DNA of 64,000 bases, from positions 10,693,861 through 10,757,860 of the forward strand of contig NC_068993.1 in the NCBI RefSeq assembly GCF_001194135.2, in the 5' to 3' direction. Below the pieces are notes generated by a model. It saw only the letters and a program-made list of their open reading frames with translations, searched no databases and was not told where the DNA came from. Below, one piece after another: positions 23,130 to 36,200 of this stretch. The translations under genes and the position numbers were made by a program. How positions within the stretch are numbered: position 1 is the stretch's first letter; the number at the start of each line of letters is the position of its first letter. This DNA comes from Octopus bimaculoides (lineage: Eukaryota).

Positions 23130-25750
23130 TGGTTAGTATTATTACTGTTGTTGTTGGTGGTGTCAATTGGTTTTTAGCAATTCTGATAATAATGCAGATT
23201 TTGTTGTTTCTTGTCTTTAGCTTTCTTGTCGTTGTTACTGTAATTGTCATTAAACCTGAAGATAACGTTACTGTTATTATAATTATTATTATTATTATTA
23301 TTATTCTTGGTGTTGGTCACCTGGTTACTGCCTTTACAGGTGTTGATTCTGTTGACAACGCTTATGTTAATCACAATACTGTTGTTGTTAGTCTTGCTTT
23401 TGCCATCGTTAATTAATTTTACCAATTCTGATAACGATGATGATGTTTTTTGCTACAAACAATGCAGTTTTTGTTGTTTGTTGTCTTCAGCCTTCTTCTT
23501 CTTGCTGCTGTCACTGTTATTCTTGTTAAACCTGAAGATAACGGCTAGCGTTAGTGTTATTATTCTTGTTAACGATGCGTATGTTAATCACAATACTGTT
23601 GTTGTTCTTATTGCTGTTTTGTCTTCGTCTTGTAACTTTATATTAAATAAACAAAAAATACAAATTCCTCGTTAGCATTCTTGTTTTCATTATTATTATT
23701 ATTTATGTTGATATTGTTGTTGATGTTAATATCAATATCGTTACTATCAATGTGGATTCCTAAGACATTTCTGATTTTTTTTTTTTGTTATTGTTTGTGT
23801 TGATAATGCTGTTTTTATATTTGTTGTTGTTGTTGTTGTTGATTCCAATATTATTGTCGTTGCTGTTAGTGTCAAAGATCCTGAAGAGGTTTCCAATAAT
23901 GCTGTTTGTGTTAGGCTTGTTGTTGATATTGATGGTGATTCTGACGTTGTTGCTTGTGTTGTAGATTCTGAAGATCTTACAGTTGACGATGATGATGATG
24001 ATGATGATGACAATGACAATGATGATGATGAAAGTTAGTGTTGTTGCTACTTGCTGACGATGATAATGATGATGGTGATGTTCTTGTTGCTACTTGTGAT
24101 GATGATGATGATGATGATGTTTATATTGTTGTTGTCGTGGTTACTGATGCTGTTGCTGATGCTGCAGCGATTGATTATTGCTGATGTTTGCTGCGTTTAT
24201 TGTTGTCGCTGATGACGACGATGACAACGACAATTGCTGCTGTGCTTGTTGTTGATCACCACCACCACCACCACTACCACCACCACCACCACCACTACCA
24301 CCGCCGCCACCACCGTTGTTNNNNNNNNNNCACCACCACCACCACCACCACCACTACCACCGCCGCCACCACCGTTGTTGTTGTTGTTGATACTAATATT
24401 GCTGATGCTGTTAATTATATCTGCTGCTGCTGTTGTTGTCGAATTTGATGATATCACTACTGTTGGCAGTGTTGTTGTTGTTGTTGCTGCTGCTGTCGAT
24501 GCTGATGTTGAGGTCATCGAGTCTGATGTTGTTCCTGTCGTTGTTGTTGTTGTCGTCATCGAGTCTGGTTAATATTACTGTTGCTGTTACTAACGACGAT
24601 GATGATGGTGATGACACAGCTACTCCTGTCCCTGGCGCTGCAGTTGGTATCACATCTATTCATACAACCATCCATATATCTATATATATATGTGTGTATA
24701 TATATACCTATCTATATATTCATATATCTATATATATGTGTGTGTGTGTGTGTGTGNNNNNNNNNNNNNNNNNNNNNNNNNNNNNNNNNNNNNNNNNNNN
24801 NNNNNNNNNNNNNNNNNNNNNNNNNNNNNNNNNNNNNNNNNNNNNNNNNNNNNNNNNNNNNNNNNNNNNNNNNNNNNNNNNNNNNNNNNNNNNNNNNNNN
24901 NNNNNNNNNNNNNNNNNNNNNNNNNNNNNNNNNNNNNNNNNNNNNNNNNNNNNNNNNNNNNNNNNNNNNNNNNNNNNNNNNNNNNNNNNNNNNNNNNNNN
25001 NNNNNNNNNNNNNNNNNNNNNNNNNNNNNNNNNNNNNNNNNNNNNNNNNNNNNNNNNNNNNNNNNNNNNNNNNNNNNNNNNNNNNNNNNNNNNNNNNNNN
25101 NNNNNNNNNNNNNNNNNNNNNNNNNNNNNNNNNNNNNNNNNNNNNNNNNNNNNNNNNNNNNNNNNNNNNNNNNNNNNNNNNNNNNNNNNNNNNNNNNNNN
25201 NNNNNNNNNNNNNNNNNNNNNNNNNNNNNNNNNNNNNNNNNNNNNNNNCAGCAAGGACGACACAACAACAACAACAGCAATAACAAGTACAATTTGTTTT
25301 ATTGTCTAGACTGCTTGAAAATTTGAGAGTTAATTGATGGGACATGGAATGAAAAGGAGACGGACAAGAACAACAACGGCAAGGAGAGGGACAACAATAG
25401 TGACAGTTACACAAACAACAACAATTACAACAACAATAATTATGGCTGAAGCAGTGGAGGCAACAACAAAAGGACAGCAGCAGCAACAACGGCAGCAGTA
25501 TCACCAACAGCAGCAACAATGACGACGATAATTCCAACAACAACAAAAACAACAGTAGCACCATCATCAGCAGCAGCAGCATTTAAATTCACAACAACAA
25601 GCGTAATTATAATTACAATTGAAATTATGATAGAAACAACAAAAGGAAGAGTAGTAGTAGTAGTAGTAGTAGTAGCAGCAGCAGCAACGAGGACAGTAGT
25701 AAAAATTACCACAACAAATTGCTGTCATAAAAAAAGCAATTACACAAACA
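23130..25750. repeat. Low-complexity (GTT/GAT/CAC/CAA)n field
   Basis: Mixed trinucleotide microsatellites producing spurious poly-L/T/V/M ORFs. Similar fields occur at 1190-1480, 18220-18520 and 28350-28900. Confidence 0.9.
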
Positions 25751-26113
25751 ACAACTGCACAATTCGAACTTGCATGAAGCTCCTATGTGGTCAAACCAGA
25801 ATGCTAGAAATAGGACTGATATCGCCTTAAAAATCACATTCTGCAATGTCTTTTTTTTTATAAGACACATTGGATCATGTAGTCCTAGATGTACTATTCT
25901 TGAATAATTTTAAAGAAGAAAGAAAAGGTGATCAAGTGCTTTTGATTGTATGTCAGGTCTGCTTAAGAAGGGGAACAACAAGAAATAATAGCCACAACAT
26001 TAAAAGAGAAGAGAAGACATTGCAATGAGAAAGAGGGACCAGATAGTTGATTTGATATGGTGGGGGTCACCTGACTGGAGAAGTTTGTAATTAAAGAGTT
26101 AATTTCTGATTTT

Positions 26114-26153
<40 letters not shown>

Positions 26154-26483
26154 AATTCAAAATACGAAGAACAAGCACAAAAAAATGACACGAGGACGTG
26201 GTACATGTAAAGCATTAGCAGACACTCAAGGAAGGAAAGCTGGTTTTGTGTTTCGAGCAGATGCTCTTTTTTGGATACAGGAGACAGAGGAAAGTCCAAT
26301 AGAAAAAAGGAAGATGGAGGAAAAAAAAAGTTGCCAATGATTCACATGTAGTTATGTTTTGAAATGACAAAAAGGGAATGGGTGAAGAGAAAGTTCTTTC
26401 TATGACAGGAGAGTGTAAGAGGAGGAGGTATGTGTGTGTGTATGTGCATGCGCGCAAGTCTGTGTGTGTGTGTGTTGGCTGTT

Positions 26484-27025
26484 TGGAGATGCAATGGCCC
26501 AGAGGTTAGGGCAGCGGACTCACGGGAGTTGGATTGCGGTTTCGATTCCCAGACCAGGCATTTTAAGTGTTTATTGATTGAAAACACCTAAATCTCCATG
26601 AGGCTCCAGCAGAGGATGGTGGTGAACCCTGCAGTACTCTTTCACCACACATCTTTCACAAACAAACTCTCTTGCCAGTCTTGGGGGTCACCTCCTACAT
26701 TTTCGGATGTCTGCCATGAATCCATTACTCACATCTCGGACACAACACCACATTTGTCATTACCCTCCTCCCACATACACCACATGGATCCACCTTACTC
26801 ACTTCTCCTTCCACCCCACTCACCATCACCTTTGTCTTCCCGGGTTTACCTTCAAACCCTTGCTTTCAAACGTCGCCTTCCATTTTTAAAACTTCTCCCT
26901 CAATGCCTCCATCAGGGTTGATAAAATAAATGCCAGTTGAGCACTACGGTTGATGTGACCAACCAACTAGCTACCCCCTCCCCTCAAATTTCAGGCTGTG
27001 TGCCTATAGTAGAAAGGTTGATTAT
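26484..27025 (+). mobile_element. tRNA-headed SINE family E
   Basis: tggagatgcaatggcccagaggttagggcagcggactc...ggtttcgattccc carries A- and B-box-like motifs, then a C/T-rich body and a family-B-like 3' segment. Confidence 0.6.
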
Positions 27026-27214
27026 TAGTATTCCTAAGATGGTGAGTTGGTAGAATTGTCAGTGTGTTTCGACAAAATGCTAAGTGATATTTCTTTCAAC
27101 TCTTTACATTCTGAGTTCAAATCCCACGGAGGTCAACTATGCTTTTGGTCATTTCAGGGTTGATAACGTAAAAGTACCAGTCATTGGGTTGATGGTAGCG
27201 AATGGACCAATTCC

Positions 27215-27523
27215 TCTCTCTTTTACTCTCTTAATTGTTTCAGTCATTTGATTGCGGCCATGCTGGAGCACCACCTTTAGTCGAGTAAATCGACCCCAAG
27301 ACTTATTCTTTGGAAGCCTAGTACTTATTCTATTGGTCTCTTTTGCCGAACCGCTAAGTTACGGGGACGTAAACACACCAGCATCGGTTGTCAAACGATG
27401 GTGGCGGGGGACAAACACAGACACAAACATATACACACACATACATACATACATATATATATACATATATACAACAGGCTTCTTTCAGTTTCCGTCCACC
27501 AAATCCACTCACAAGGCTTTGGC
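27215..27523 (-). mobile_element. SINE family A copy, 5'-truncated
   Basis: Reverse complement of the family A body and tail. Confidence 0.8.
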
Positions 27524-27665
27524 TTTGTTAAAAAAATCATTATTCAAAACAGGAATTAAAAAAAAAGGGAGGAAACTTATGAGCGAACCCGAATCTTTAC
27601 CAAGGAATCCTATCAAAAATTTTGTTTTAGGATCTTTTGGGACAAACCCTCTCTCTGCCCCTCAC

Positions 27666-27870
27666 CTGACATTTAAATGAACTACTACTACTACTACTAC
27701 TACTACAAGACTTCCAATCAGATTTCCAGAAGCCGTCAGACCTATAATCTCAGATTATTATTATTATTATCATTATTTCTGGGATAGTAGCTTTTGTTTT
27801 TTGAGAGAGAGGGACGAAGAGGAAACTGTCAGGAATTTTATGGGTGGGAGGACAGGAAGGGGGCGGATGG
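27666..27870 (-). promoter_or_regulatory. Candidate upstream non-coding first exon and GC-box promoter
   Basis: Consensus donor CAG|GTGAG on the minus strand (GT at 27665-27664), non-SINE sequence upstream, GGGGCGGA box at 27860-27867. No transcript evidence. Confidence 0.3.
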
Positions 27871-29594
27871 AATGAATGGTGCAGTTCAAGAGTTAGGGTA
27901 GTGGTGGTGGTGGTGTTGAAGAGAGGTGGCATGTGTGTATGTGTGTGTAGATTTGCAGGCATGCATGCATTTGTGTATGTATGTATGTATGTATGCTTGT
28001 GCATGTGTAAGTGCGTGTGATGGGTGTTTGTGTGCTTGTGTGTGCCTCTCTGTGTGTGTGCTTGTGTGTGTGTGTGCCTCTGTGTGTGTGCCTCTGTGTG
28101 TGTGCCTCTGTGTGTGTGTGTGTGCCTCTGTGTGNNNNNNNNNNNNNNNNNNNNNNNNNNNNNNNNNNNNNNNNNNNNNNNNNNNNNNNNNNNNNNNNNN
28201 NNNNNNNNNNNNNNNNNNNNTCTGCCCTGCCCTCGCCGACGATTCCCCCACTTTTTCACCCCCCCCACTCCTCTGCTCATTAAACACCCCCTCATCTACA
28301 TAGCACGGCAGATATGGCCTTTCTTTTACTTCACTCTCTGTAACCTGCCACCACCACCACCACCATCATCAACAACAGCCTAACAACAACAACACTAATT
28401 TTATAACAACAAAAAACTCGAGGCTGGAGTAGCAAATAATGTGACTCATTGAAAATGATTTTTCTTTCTAGATGTCTATCAACACCACCACCACCACCTG
28501 CACTGTTATGAACCCCCAACACCACCACCAGCATAATGAGCAGAACCACCACCACCATCATCATCATCATGTACACTTGTATGATCATGAATACCACAAC
28601 ACCACTACTATCACTATCATCATCATCATAACTGCTAACATAATTACTACTACCACCACAACTGCTGCTACCACCATCACCGCCACTGTCATCATTATCA
28701 TCACCAGTAGCATCATGAACGTCACTACACCACGAACATGGCACTGCTATCACCATAATTACCAACCTTATTACTACCGCTACAACCATCAGAACCATCG
28801 TTAGTGTCATCATCATTATAACCACCATCATCATCATCAGTACCTCTACCATCACAGCCACCTCCACCATCATAAACAATCTTCGCTATCTCTGCTAGCA
28901 TGAATACCATCATTGCTAGCGCTATCAAGGATACTAACTCTACCACAATAATAAACTCGATAGCAACTCTGCTATTGGGCCCATATACAGCTCCAGTATG
29001 GGCAACCACTTCCACCACATGCATCACCAAACTTTCTATCATCATTGATGAATCTTCCAATTTGACAAAAACACAATCCTTATCAACACAGTCATTTATG
29101 GAAAATAAACCCAGGCTAGGACCACCACCAAATCAATCATGGAGATTAACACAGACTCAAAAGCACAGTTTGTTATTCTTTCATTGGAGGTTTCATGGTC
29201 TGGAACCAGCTGCATGGTTTACCAGTCCATGTGCAGGATGTTTTTGCAAGACATCACTTGTGATGGGAAAGGCATCCAGCTGTAGAAAAATCTGCCTCAA
29301 CAAATTCTGTATGACCCATGCAATCATGAAAAAGTGGTGGTATTGAATGAGTATGTGTGGAATTTGGACAGCTCTCTGGCTGGCCAGCTCCTATCAAACC
29401 GTCTAACCCATGCCAGCATGGAAAACAGACATTAAATGACGATGATCACACACACACAAAGATACATACACACACGTGTATATTTATGAGTCAACAAAAA
29501 ATACGTTCTGATGAATCAACAAAAATTTATATATGTTTATGTGCACATGTGTATGTAAAAGAGAGGGAGAGAAAGAGAGAGTATGTGTGCACAC

Positions 29595-29634
<40 letters not shown>

Positions 29635-30665
29635 TGTTTATTAAAGTGCACAATATATAAACATTAGCATTGACTTTGAAGCCCATATGTTCCATGGCAC
29701 ACCAAAACAGATGTCAGAGTAGAATATTAGTGTTATTTTAGCAAATTTCCATGTTACAGGTTTATTGGTTAAGTTGGTCACAGAGTATAGATATGAAGAA
29801 TAAGACTGAAGAATATGGTATAAGGATCTTGTAAGTAACGAATTTTAAACCATATTTATCTTGCGCGCGCGCACGCGCATTTGTATCTATATAGAGGTGC
29901 TGGTGTGGGTGTGTGGAAAGAGGCTTGCTTCTCAACTGCATGGTTCCGGGTTCAGTCTCTGGGTTTGTGTGGCACCGTAGGCAAGTGTCTTCTACTACAG
30001 CTTCAGGCCAGCCAAAGCCTTGTGAGTGAATTTGGTAGACAGAAACTGAAAGAAGCCCATCATGTGTGTGTATGTGTATATATATCATCATCATCATTGA
30101 AAAAAGGAAAACCTTTGTTGTAGTGCACCTAATTAGTGCTCAGTGTGAGCAAAATATAACAAAAATGAAAGTGGATGACAGATTATCCTATGATATATAT
30201 ACCTATATATATATCAAAATAATAAATGCGTCCTTTTAAAGCCTAGCCAGGCTCATGGGCCCGGTTTCCCGGTTTCAATGGCGTATGTGTTCCCCAGCTG
30301 GACGGAATGCCAGCCCCTCGCAGCATTACTCATTTTTGCCAGCTGAGTGGACTGGAGCAACGTGAAATGAAGTGTTTTGCTCAAGAATACAACGCGTTGC
30401 CTGGTCCAAGAATCGAAACCACAATCTTACTATCATGATGCTGACACCCTAACCCACGCGCCTCTACACANNNNNNNNNNNNNNNNNNNNNNNNNNNNNN
30501 NNNNNNNNNNNNNNNNNNNNNNNNNNNNNNNNNNNNNNNNNNNNNNNNNNNNNNNNNNNNNNNNNNNNNNNNNNNNNNNNNNNNNNNNNNNNNNNNNNNN
30601 NNNNNNNNNNNNNNNNNNNNNNNNNNNNNNNNNNNNNNNNNNNNNNNNNNNNNNNNNNNNNNNNN

Positions 30666-30698
<33 letters not shown>

Positions 30699-31052
30699 GT
30701 TTGTGTATGTATGTATGTCTGTCCTTTATCACGACTTAACAACTGGTGTTGGTGTTTGTTTCCACAACTTACCAGTTTGGCAAGACAGACTGATAGAATA
30801 AGTAACAGTCTTAAAAACATTAAGTACTGGGATTGATTTATTCAATAAAAAATTCTTCAAGGTGGTGCCCCAGCATGACCACAGTCAAATGAGTGAAGCA
30901 AGTAAAAGAGTAAAAGAAGAGCCAATGATGGGTGCCTCTTACATGTGAATACACAAACACATTCAAATGATATTGAAATATGTTGAAGAATGAAAGCATA
31001 TTCAATAAATGGACTAAAGTATGTTTTATATTTTAAAATGACCATTTTTATT

Positions 31053-31130
31053 CTTGTGACTTGTTTCATGCCACTGCAATTATCAGATGAATTCCTGATG
31101 ATCAAAGCAGCAGGAAACTCAAGTCACAAG
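31053..31130. ncRNA. Inverted pair of decayed hammerhead relics
   Basis: Plus arm: CTGATGA(31095-31101)...GAAA-ctcaag-TC-acaag. Minus arm: CTGATAA-ttgc-agtg-gcat-GAAA-caag-TC-acaag. The outer 11 bp (cttgtgacttg/caagtcacaag) are a perfect inverted repeat. Confidence 0.35.
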
Positions 31131-31339
31131 TTCATATAACAAACACTGGATAGATGTCAATTCCTTACAGCTGTTTCCAACAAATTTTTTTAATTGAATA
31201 ACGAGTACATTAATTGTACACATAAGCTGAGTATCCTTCTGTCTGTACTTCTGTACCAATGTTGGCATTAGTCTATAATTAATCTTTAATTCTGACCCAA
31301 CCCAATGCCTTACCATTTAAGTGCCTTCTTCGGTTGTTG

Positions 31340-31610
31340 CCAGTGCCGCCGGACTGGCTCCCATGTAGGTAGCACATAAAAACCACCTTTTGAGCATGGT
31401 TGTTGCTAGAACCACCTGACTGGCCTTCATGCCGGTGGCATGTAAAAGCACCCACTACACTCTCAGAGTGGTTGGCATTAGGAAGAGCATCTAGCTGTAG
31501 AAACTTCGCCAGATCAGATTGGAGCCTGGTGCAGCCTTCTGGCTCACCAGTCCTCAGTCAAACCATCCAACCCATGCCAGCATGGAAAGCAGACGTTAAA
31601 CGATGATGAT
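31340..31610 (+). mobile_element. Retroposon family C with (GAT)n tail (...gcagacgttaaacgatgatgat)
   Basis: Related copies at 29160-29445(+), 40770-40975(+), 32318-32460(-), 49310-49500(-), 52782-53150(-), 54135-54479(-) and 61515-61615(-). The simple-repeat 3' tail indicates LINE-mediated retrotransposition. Confidence 0.75.
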
Positions 31611-31942
31611 AATCACACACACACACACGTGCATGCAACTGGATATCAAATGGATAATATCATTCAAAGCTAATGGTGCATACTCTCTCTTTAGAGAATG
31701 TATATTCATGTGATTCATTTTTTAATATTTTTTCAGTACCAATCAAATCTTGATGTACAATTGAATAGTCATGTTTTGCTATGTTTACAAATAGTGTCAT
31801 GATGCTTCCTCCACCTAAACCATTTGAATAGGAATTTCAGAGTTATGTTTCAAGAGGTGTCAGCTTCTAATAAAATATACAAGTTTTACGTATTGTGTAC
31901 TTTCTCACCCCTGTTAGTAAACAAATACCTACTAATTCACTC

Positions 31943-31984
<42 letters not shown>

Positions 31985-32715
31985 CAACCATAACATCAGG
32001 GGTATGAGAGGTAAAGATATATTTATTTAACCACATGACTTCCATATAATTATGGCTGTTTTGCAACCTTCTTCATGTAGTATTAATTTCACTATGCAAG
32101 AATTTATACATACATGTTTGCATCAGTATGTATACACTGCATTACACAATACAATTGTCTATTCACAGATCAATGCATATACAGAAAGCAAGTTCATCAG
32201 GTCATCAGGATTACATCACCATTTCAACTCTTGTAATAGCCATGCAATTCTCTGAACCCCTATTTTATGCTAGTCCTTTATCTATCTATTTCTCAAATAT
32301 ATATCATCATCATCCTCATCATCGTTTAACGTCCGCTTTCCATGCTAGCATGGGTTGGACGATTTGACTGAGGACTGGTGAAACCGGATGGCAACACCAG
32401 GCTCCAATCTAAATTTGGCAGAGTTTCTACAGCTGGATGCCCTTCCTAACGCCAACCACTCTATATATATATATATATATAGATATATATATATATATAG
32501 GTTATGAGCGATAGTGATGTCAATTAGACTCAGAGGTTTCAGGTAATGCTGAGTAAGTGCTATGGATAGACCATAGTTAAGCTCCAGGTTCAGTGATTAT
32601 GCAAATAAGGGGTCCAACGTAGGTCATATATCAGCATGTGAATATAAGGATTTACTTTTCATAATGAGATAAAAAACCAAGGCTGTGTATAATATCGAAC
32701 ATTTATAAATAGAAT

Positions 32716-32763
32716 GTCTTACAGCTGTTTCCAGGATATTTATTATATCCCTTCATCGGAGAC
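32716..32763 (-). ncRNA. Minimal type I hammerhead ribozyme (U4C core variant)
   Basis: Minus strand gtct-CCGATGA-ag-ggatat-aataa-atatcc-tg-GAAA-cagctg-TA-agac. Perfect stem I, 6-bp stem II, palindromic stem III ACAGCTGT. Confidence 0.65.
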
Positions 32764-32804
32764 AGTGTGAGAAGATGATTAAGTATCTTCTTGCTTAATC
32801 ATCT

Positions 32805-32978
32805 TGTCACACCGTCTCCAATGTTTCCATCTACCAAATGCACTCACAAAGCTTTGGTCAGCCCCCAAGGCTATAGTAGAAGATACTTGTCAAAGATGTT
32901 ACACAGCGGGACTGAACCCAGAAACATGTGGTTGAGAAGCAAGTTTCTTACCACACAGCCATGCCTGTGCGCGCGCGC

Positions 32979-33016
<38 letters not shown>

Positions 33017-33372
33017 TCTTTAACTTGTTTCAGTTATTTGACTGACCATGCTGGAGCACCACCTTTAGTCGAACAAATCGATCCCAGGACTTATTCTTTG
33101 TAAGGCTAGTACTTATTCTATCGGTTTCCTTTGCCGAACCACTAAGTTTTTGGGATGTAAACACACCAACATCAGTTCTCAAGTGATGGGGAGGAGGAAA
33201 CAGACACACACATATATAACGGGATTCTTTCAATTTCTGTCAACCAAATTCACTCACATGCCTTTGGTTGGCCCAAGGCTAAAGTAGAAGACACTTGCCC
33301 AAGGTGCCATGCAGCAGGACTGAACCTGGAATCATGTGGTTGGGAAGCAAGCTTCTTACTACACAGCCACCT
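32805..33372 (-). mobile_element. Two adjacent SINE family A copies (head-only 32805-32965; full 33020-33372)
   Basis: Reverse complement of family A, separated by (CG)n(CA)n. Confidence 0.8.
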
Positions 33373-33474
33373 CCCTGAACTCTCTCCATTCCATTCTTAC
33401 GCTGGCTACCATATGTTCAGAATATCCTCCACCATTGCTAATTAGGCTACTTAAGTATCAGAGGCTGTGTACTG

Positions 33475-33519
<45 letters not shown>

Positions 33520-33959
33520 ACACATGCTTGGGGGAGCATATAGGTGCAGTGGAACCAAAAGCAGGTGAAGGTAGCAGGTGTGCAAGAGCAATAAGCACAA
33601 AAAGCACACAAAAATAGATTCTCTCAAATGCCCAAGAAAATCCTTAAAAGTAACTGATAGATTCTGTTACCTAGGTGACCTAATTAACAGTAATAGTGGA
33701 GGAGGCGGAGGTGGAGGGTATTCTAGAAGTATAGTGAGCAGAGTATGAGAAAGCTAGACAAAGATTAGGGATCAATTATTTCTGTTGATAAAAAAAGGGG
33801 TTTTTCTCTTTAGAAGGAAAGGTAGGCACTGTGTGAAGCTTGTGTATGGATTTCAATGCTACATAGAAGTGAGATGATCAGTGAAGACTAGAAAGACATG
33901 AAGCAACCATGCCCTCCTGGGTACGCTACATCAATCTGCATTAAAGATGGCATACAAAT

Positions 33960-34560
33960 GGGGGCTGTGTGGTAAAAAGTTTGCTTCCCAACCACATGGT
34001 TCCGGGTTCAGTTCCACTGTGTCTCCTTGGGCAAGTGTCTTCTACTATAGCCTCAAGCCAACCAAAACCTTGTGAGTAGATTTGGCAGATGGAAACTGAA
34101 AGAAGCCCATCGTGAATATATATGTGTGTGTGTGTGTGAGTGTTTGACCCCCTACCACCGTTCGACAACCAGTGTTGGTGTATTTATGTCCCTGTAACTT
34201 AGCAGTTCAGCAAAGATGACTGATAGAACAGGTTCAGTCCCACTGTGTAGCAACTTGGGCAAATGTCTTCTATAGCCTCGGGCCAACCAGACCCTTGTGA
34301 GTGGATATAGTAGATGGAAACTGAAAGAAGCCTTTCATGTGTGAGTGTGTGTCATTGTGTCTGTCCTCCAACCATTGCTTGGAAACCAATGTTGGTATGT
34401 CTACATCCCCGTAACTTAGTGGTTCGGCAAAAGACACCGATAGAAATAAGTACTAGGCTGACAAAAAATAAATCCTGGGGTCGATCTCTTCGACTAAAAA
34501 CCCTTTAAGGTAGTGCTCCAGCATGACCACAGTCAAATGAACTGAAACAAGTAAATGGAT
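33960..34560 (+). mobile_element. Two adjacent SINE family A copies
   Basis: Head at 33960; a second copy restarts at ggttcagtcccactg (~34231) and runs to the gtaaa tail. Confidence 0.8.
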
Positions 34561-34770
34561 AAAAATTAAAAAGTACAAGAATAACATACATACATGTGTA
34601 TATAATTCTATGCAACAGATAAAATTTAAACCTAAGTGTAAGCACTTAAACACTGTATATATGAGTATCATAATACAAACCGCAAGTGTATATAAATGTA
34701 TAAGAGGTTATGTATGTATAAACAGCATTGTGTCTGTATATACGTGTATGTATGCATATATGTGTGTGCG

Positions 34771-34817
<47 letters not shown>

Positions 34818-35141
34818 GTGTGATTGTAAGTATGTGCATTGTTTATACATGTCTGTGTATGTGCATGTTGTGTATATATGTGTATGTATGTATGTTACTG
34901 GTTAGGAAGAAGTTTAATAATAGCAGAAAAGTTGCATCAGTCAGTTGATTACTGTGCATCCATGTATTTGTATATATATGTTTGTGTATATATGTATATA
35001 TATGTATGTGTGTGTGAAGGTGTATATATGTGTATGTGTGGTGTGTATTCCAGGTGTTTTATAACAGCAGTATGATTTCATCAGCTGATCACTATCAAGA
35101 TCTATGAGTGTATGTATGTATGTATGTGTGTATATATATAC

Positions 35142-35185
<44 letters not shown>

Positions 35186-35997
35186 TAAGATATGAGTGTG
35201 TGTGTGTATATATGTCCACACACACATGTATATATGTGTATCAAGATATGTGAATGTATGTGTGTGTGTGTATATATATATATATATGTGTGTGTTTATG
35301 AATATCTTTATGAAGAGATGTATATGAAGGAGTGTATATTTTGTGTGTATGTCTGCCAGATGTTTAGTAACAGCAGTGAGACCTCATTCTGTGTGTGTGT
35401 ATATATATATATGTGTGTATATACATGTATATGTGTGTGAGGGCCATATGGCTAGTAACACCAGTGAAGCTCCTTGAAGTGTATGCATTTGTTTGTATAT
35501 TTATTTTGTGTGCATGTGTGCATGTGTATATGTGTGTATGCAGATATATTTGTGTATGCATGTGTATTTGTGTGTGCGTGTATGAATATGTATATTTATA
35601 TCTATGCATATTTGTGCTTGTGTGTGTATATATACTCCAGATGGTTAGTATGAAGTGAAATCCCATTAAAAGATGGCTATTGATAACACCCAGCCCCTTT
35701 CTTCCAATGTTGCCATTAACAACTACCAAACATTACCTCTCAAGTACTACCACCTCCACTGCAACCAGCACTACAATTGCCACTTTTATCCTTATTCTCC
35801 CACATTCTCTCTGACAGGGGATATGCAAATAAAACCTTCAAAGTTGCTGAATGAAATCTGGTGAACCGAAATATGGAAGCTCATAAGTGTAAACTTTCCA
35901 GTTTTAGAATGATCATGTCTGTATGTCTCCCAGTATAGCACCACAATCTACCCTTTGGGTGCCTTTTGCAGAAAGGCTCAGCTCTTATTCTCCAGAG

Positions 35998-36200
35998 CAG
36001 GGGTTTTCAAACTGTGGTCCGCGGACCACAGGGGGTCCGCAAGGACAAGACAGGGGGTCCATGGACAGCAAATACTTTTTATGGGCAATTTGATTTTATG
36101 TATGTTTTTTAACCGAAATCTTTTAATTGACAATAAACCTATTTTGTTAAATACTGTTAAATAAATAAATGTAAAAATAGATGTTATTTTAAGCAAATAT
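35998..36200 (+). mobile_element. hAT (Charlie-like) transposon left-end fragment
   Basis: Starts CAGGGGTTTTCAAACTGTGGTCCGCGGACCACAGGGGGTCCGC, typical of Charlie-type termini, preceded by ctccagag. No right TIR found; right boundary approximate. Confidence 0.6.

Noticed and set aside
21987-33490. (CG)n(CA)n runs as Z-DNA elements (21987, 29866, 32968, 33475)
   Set aside because: Ordinary microsatellite variants, common in this kind of genome, with no locus-specific signal.
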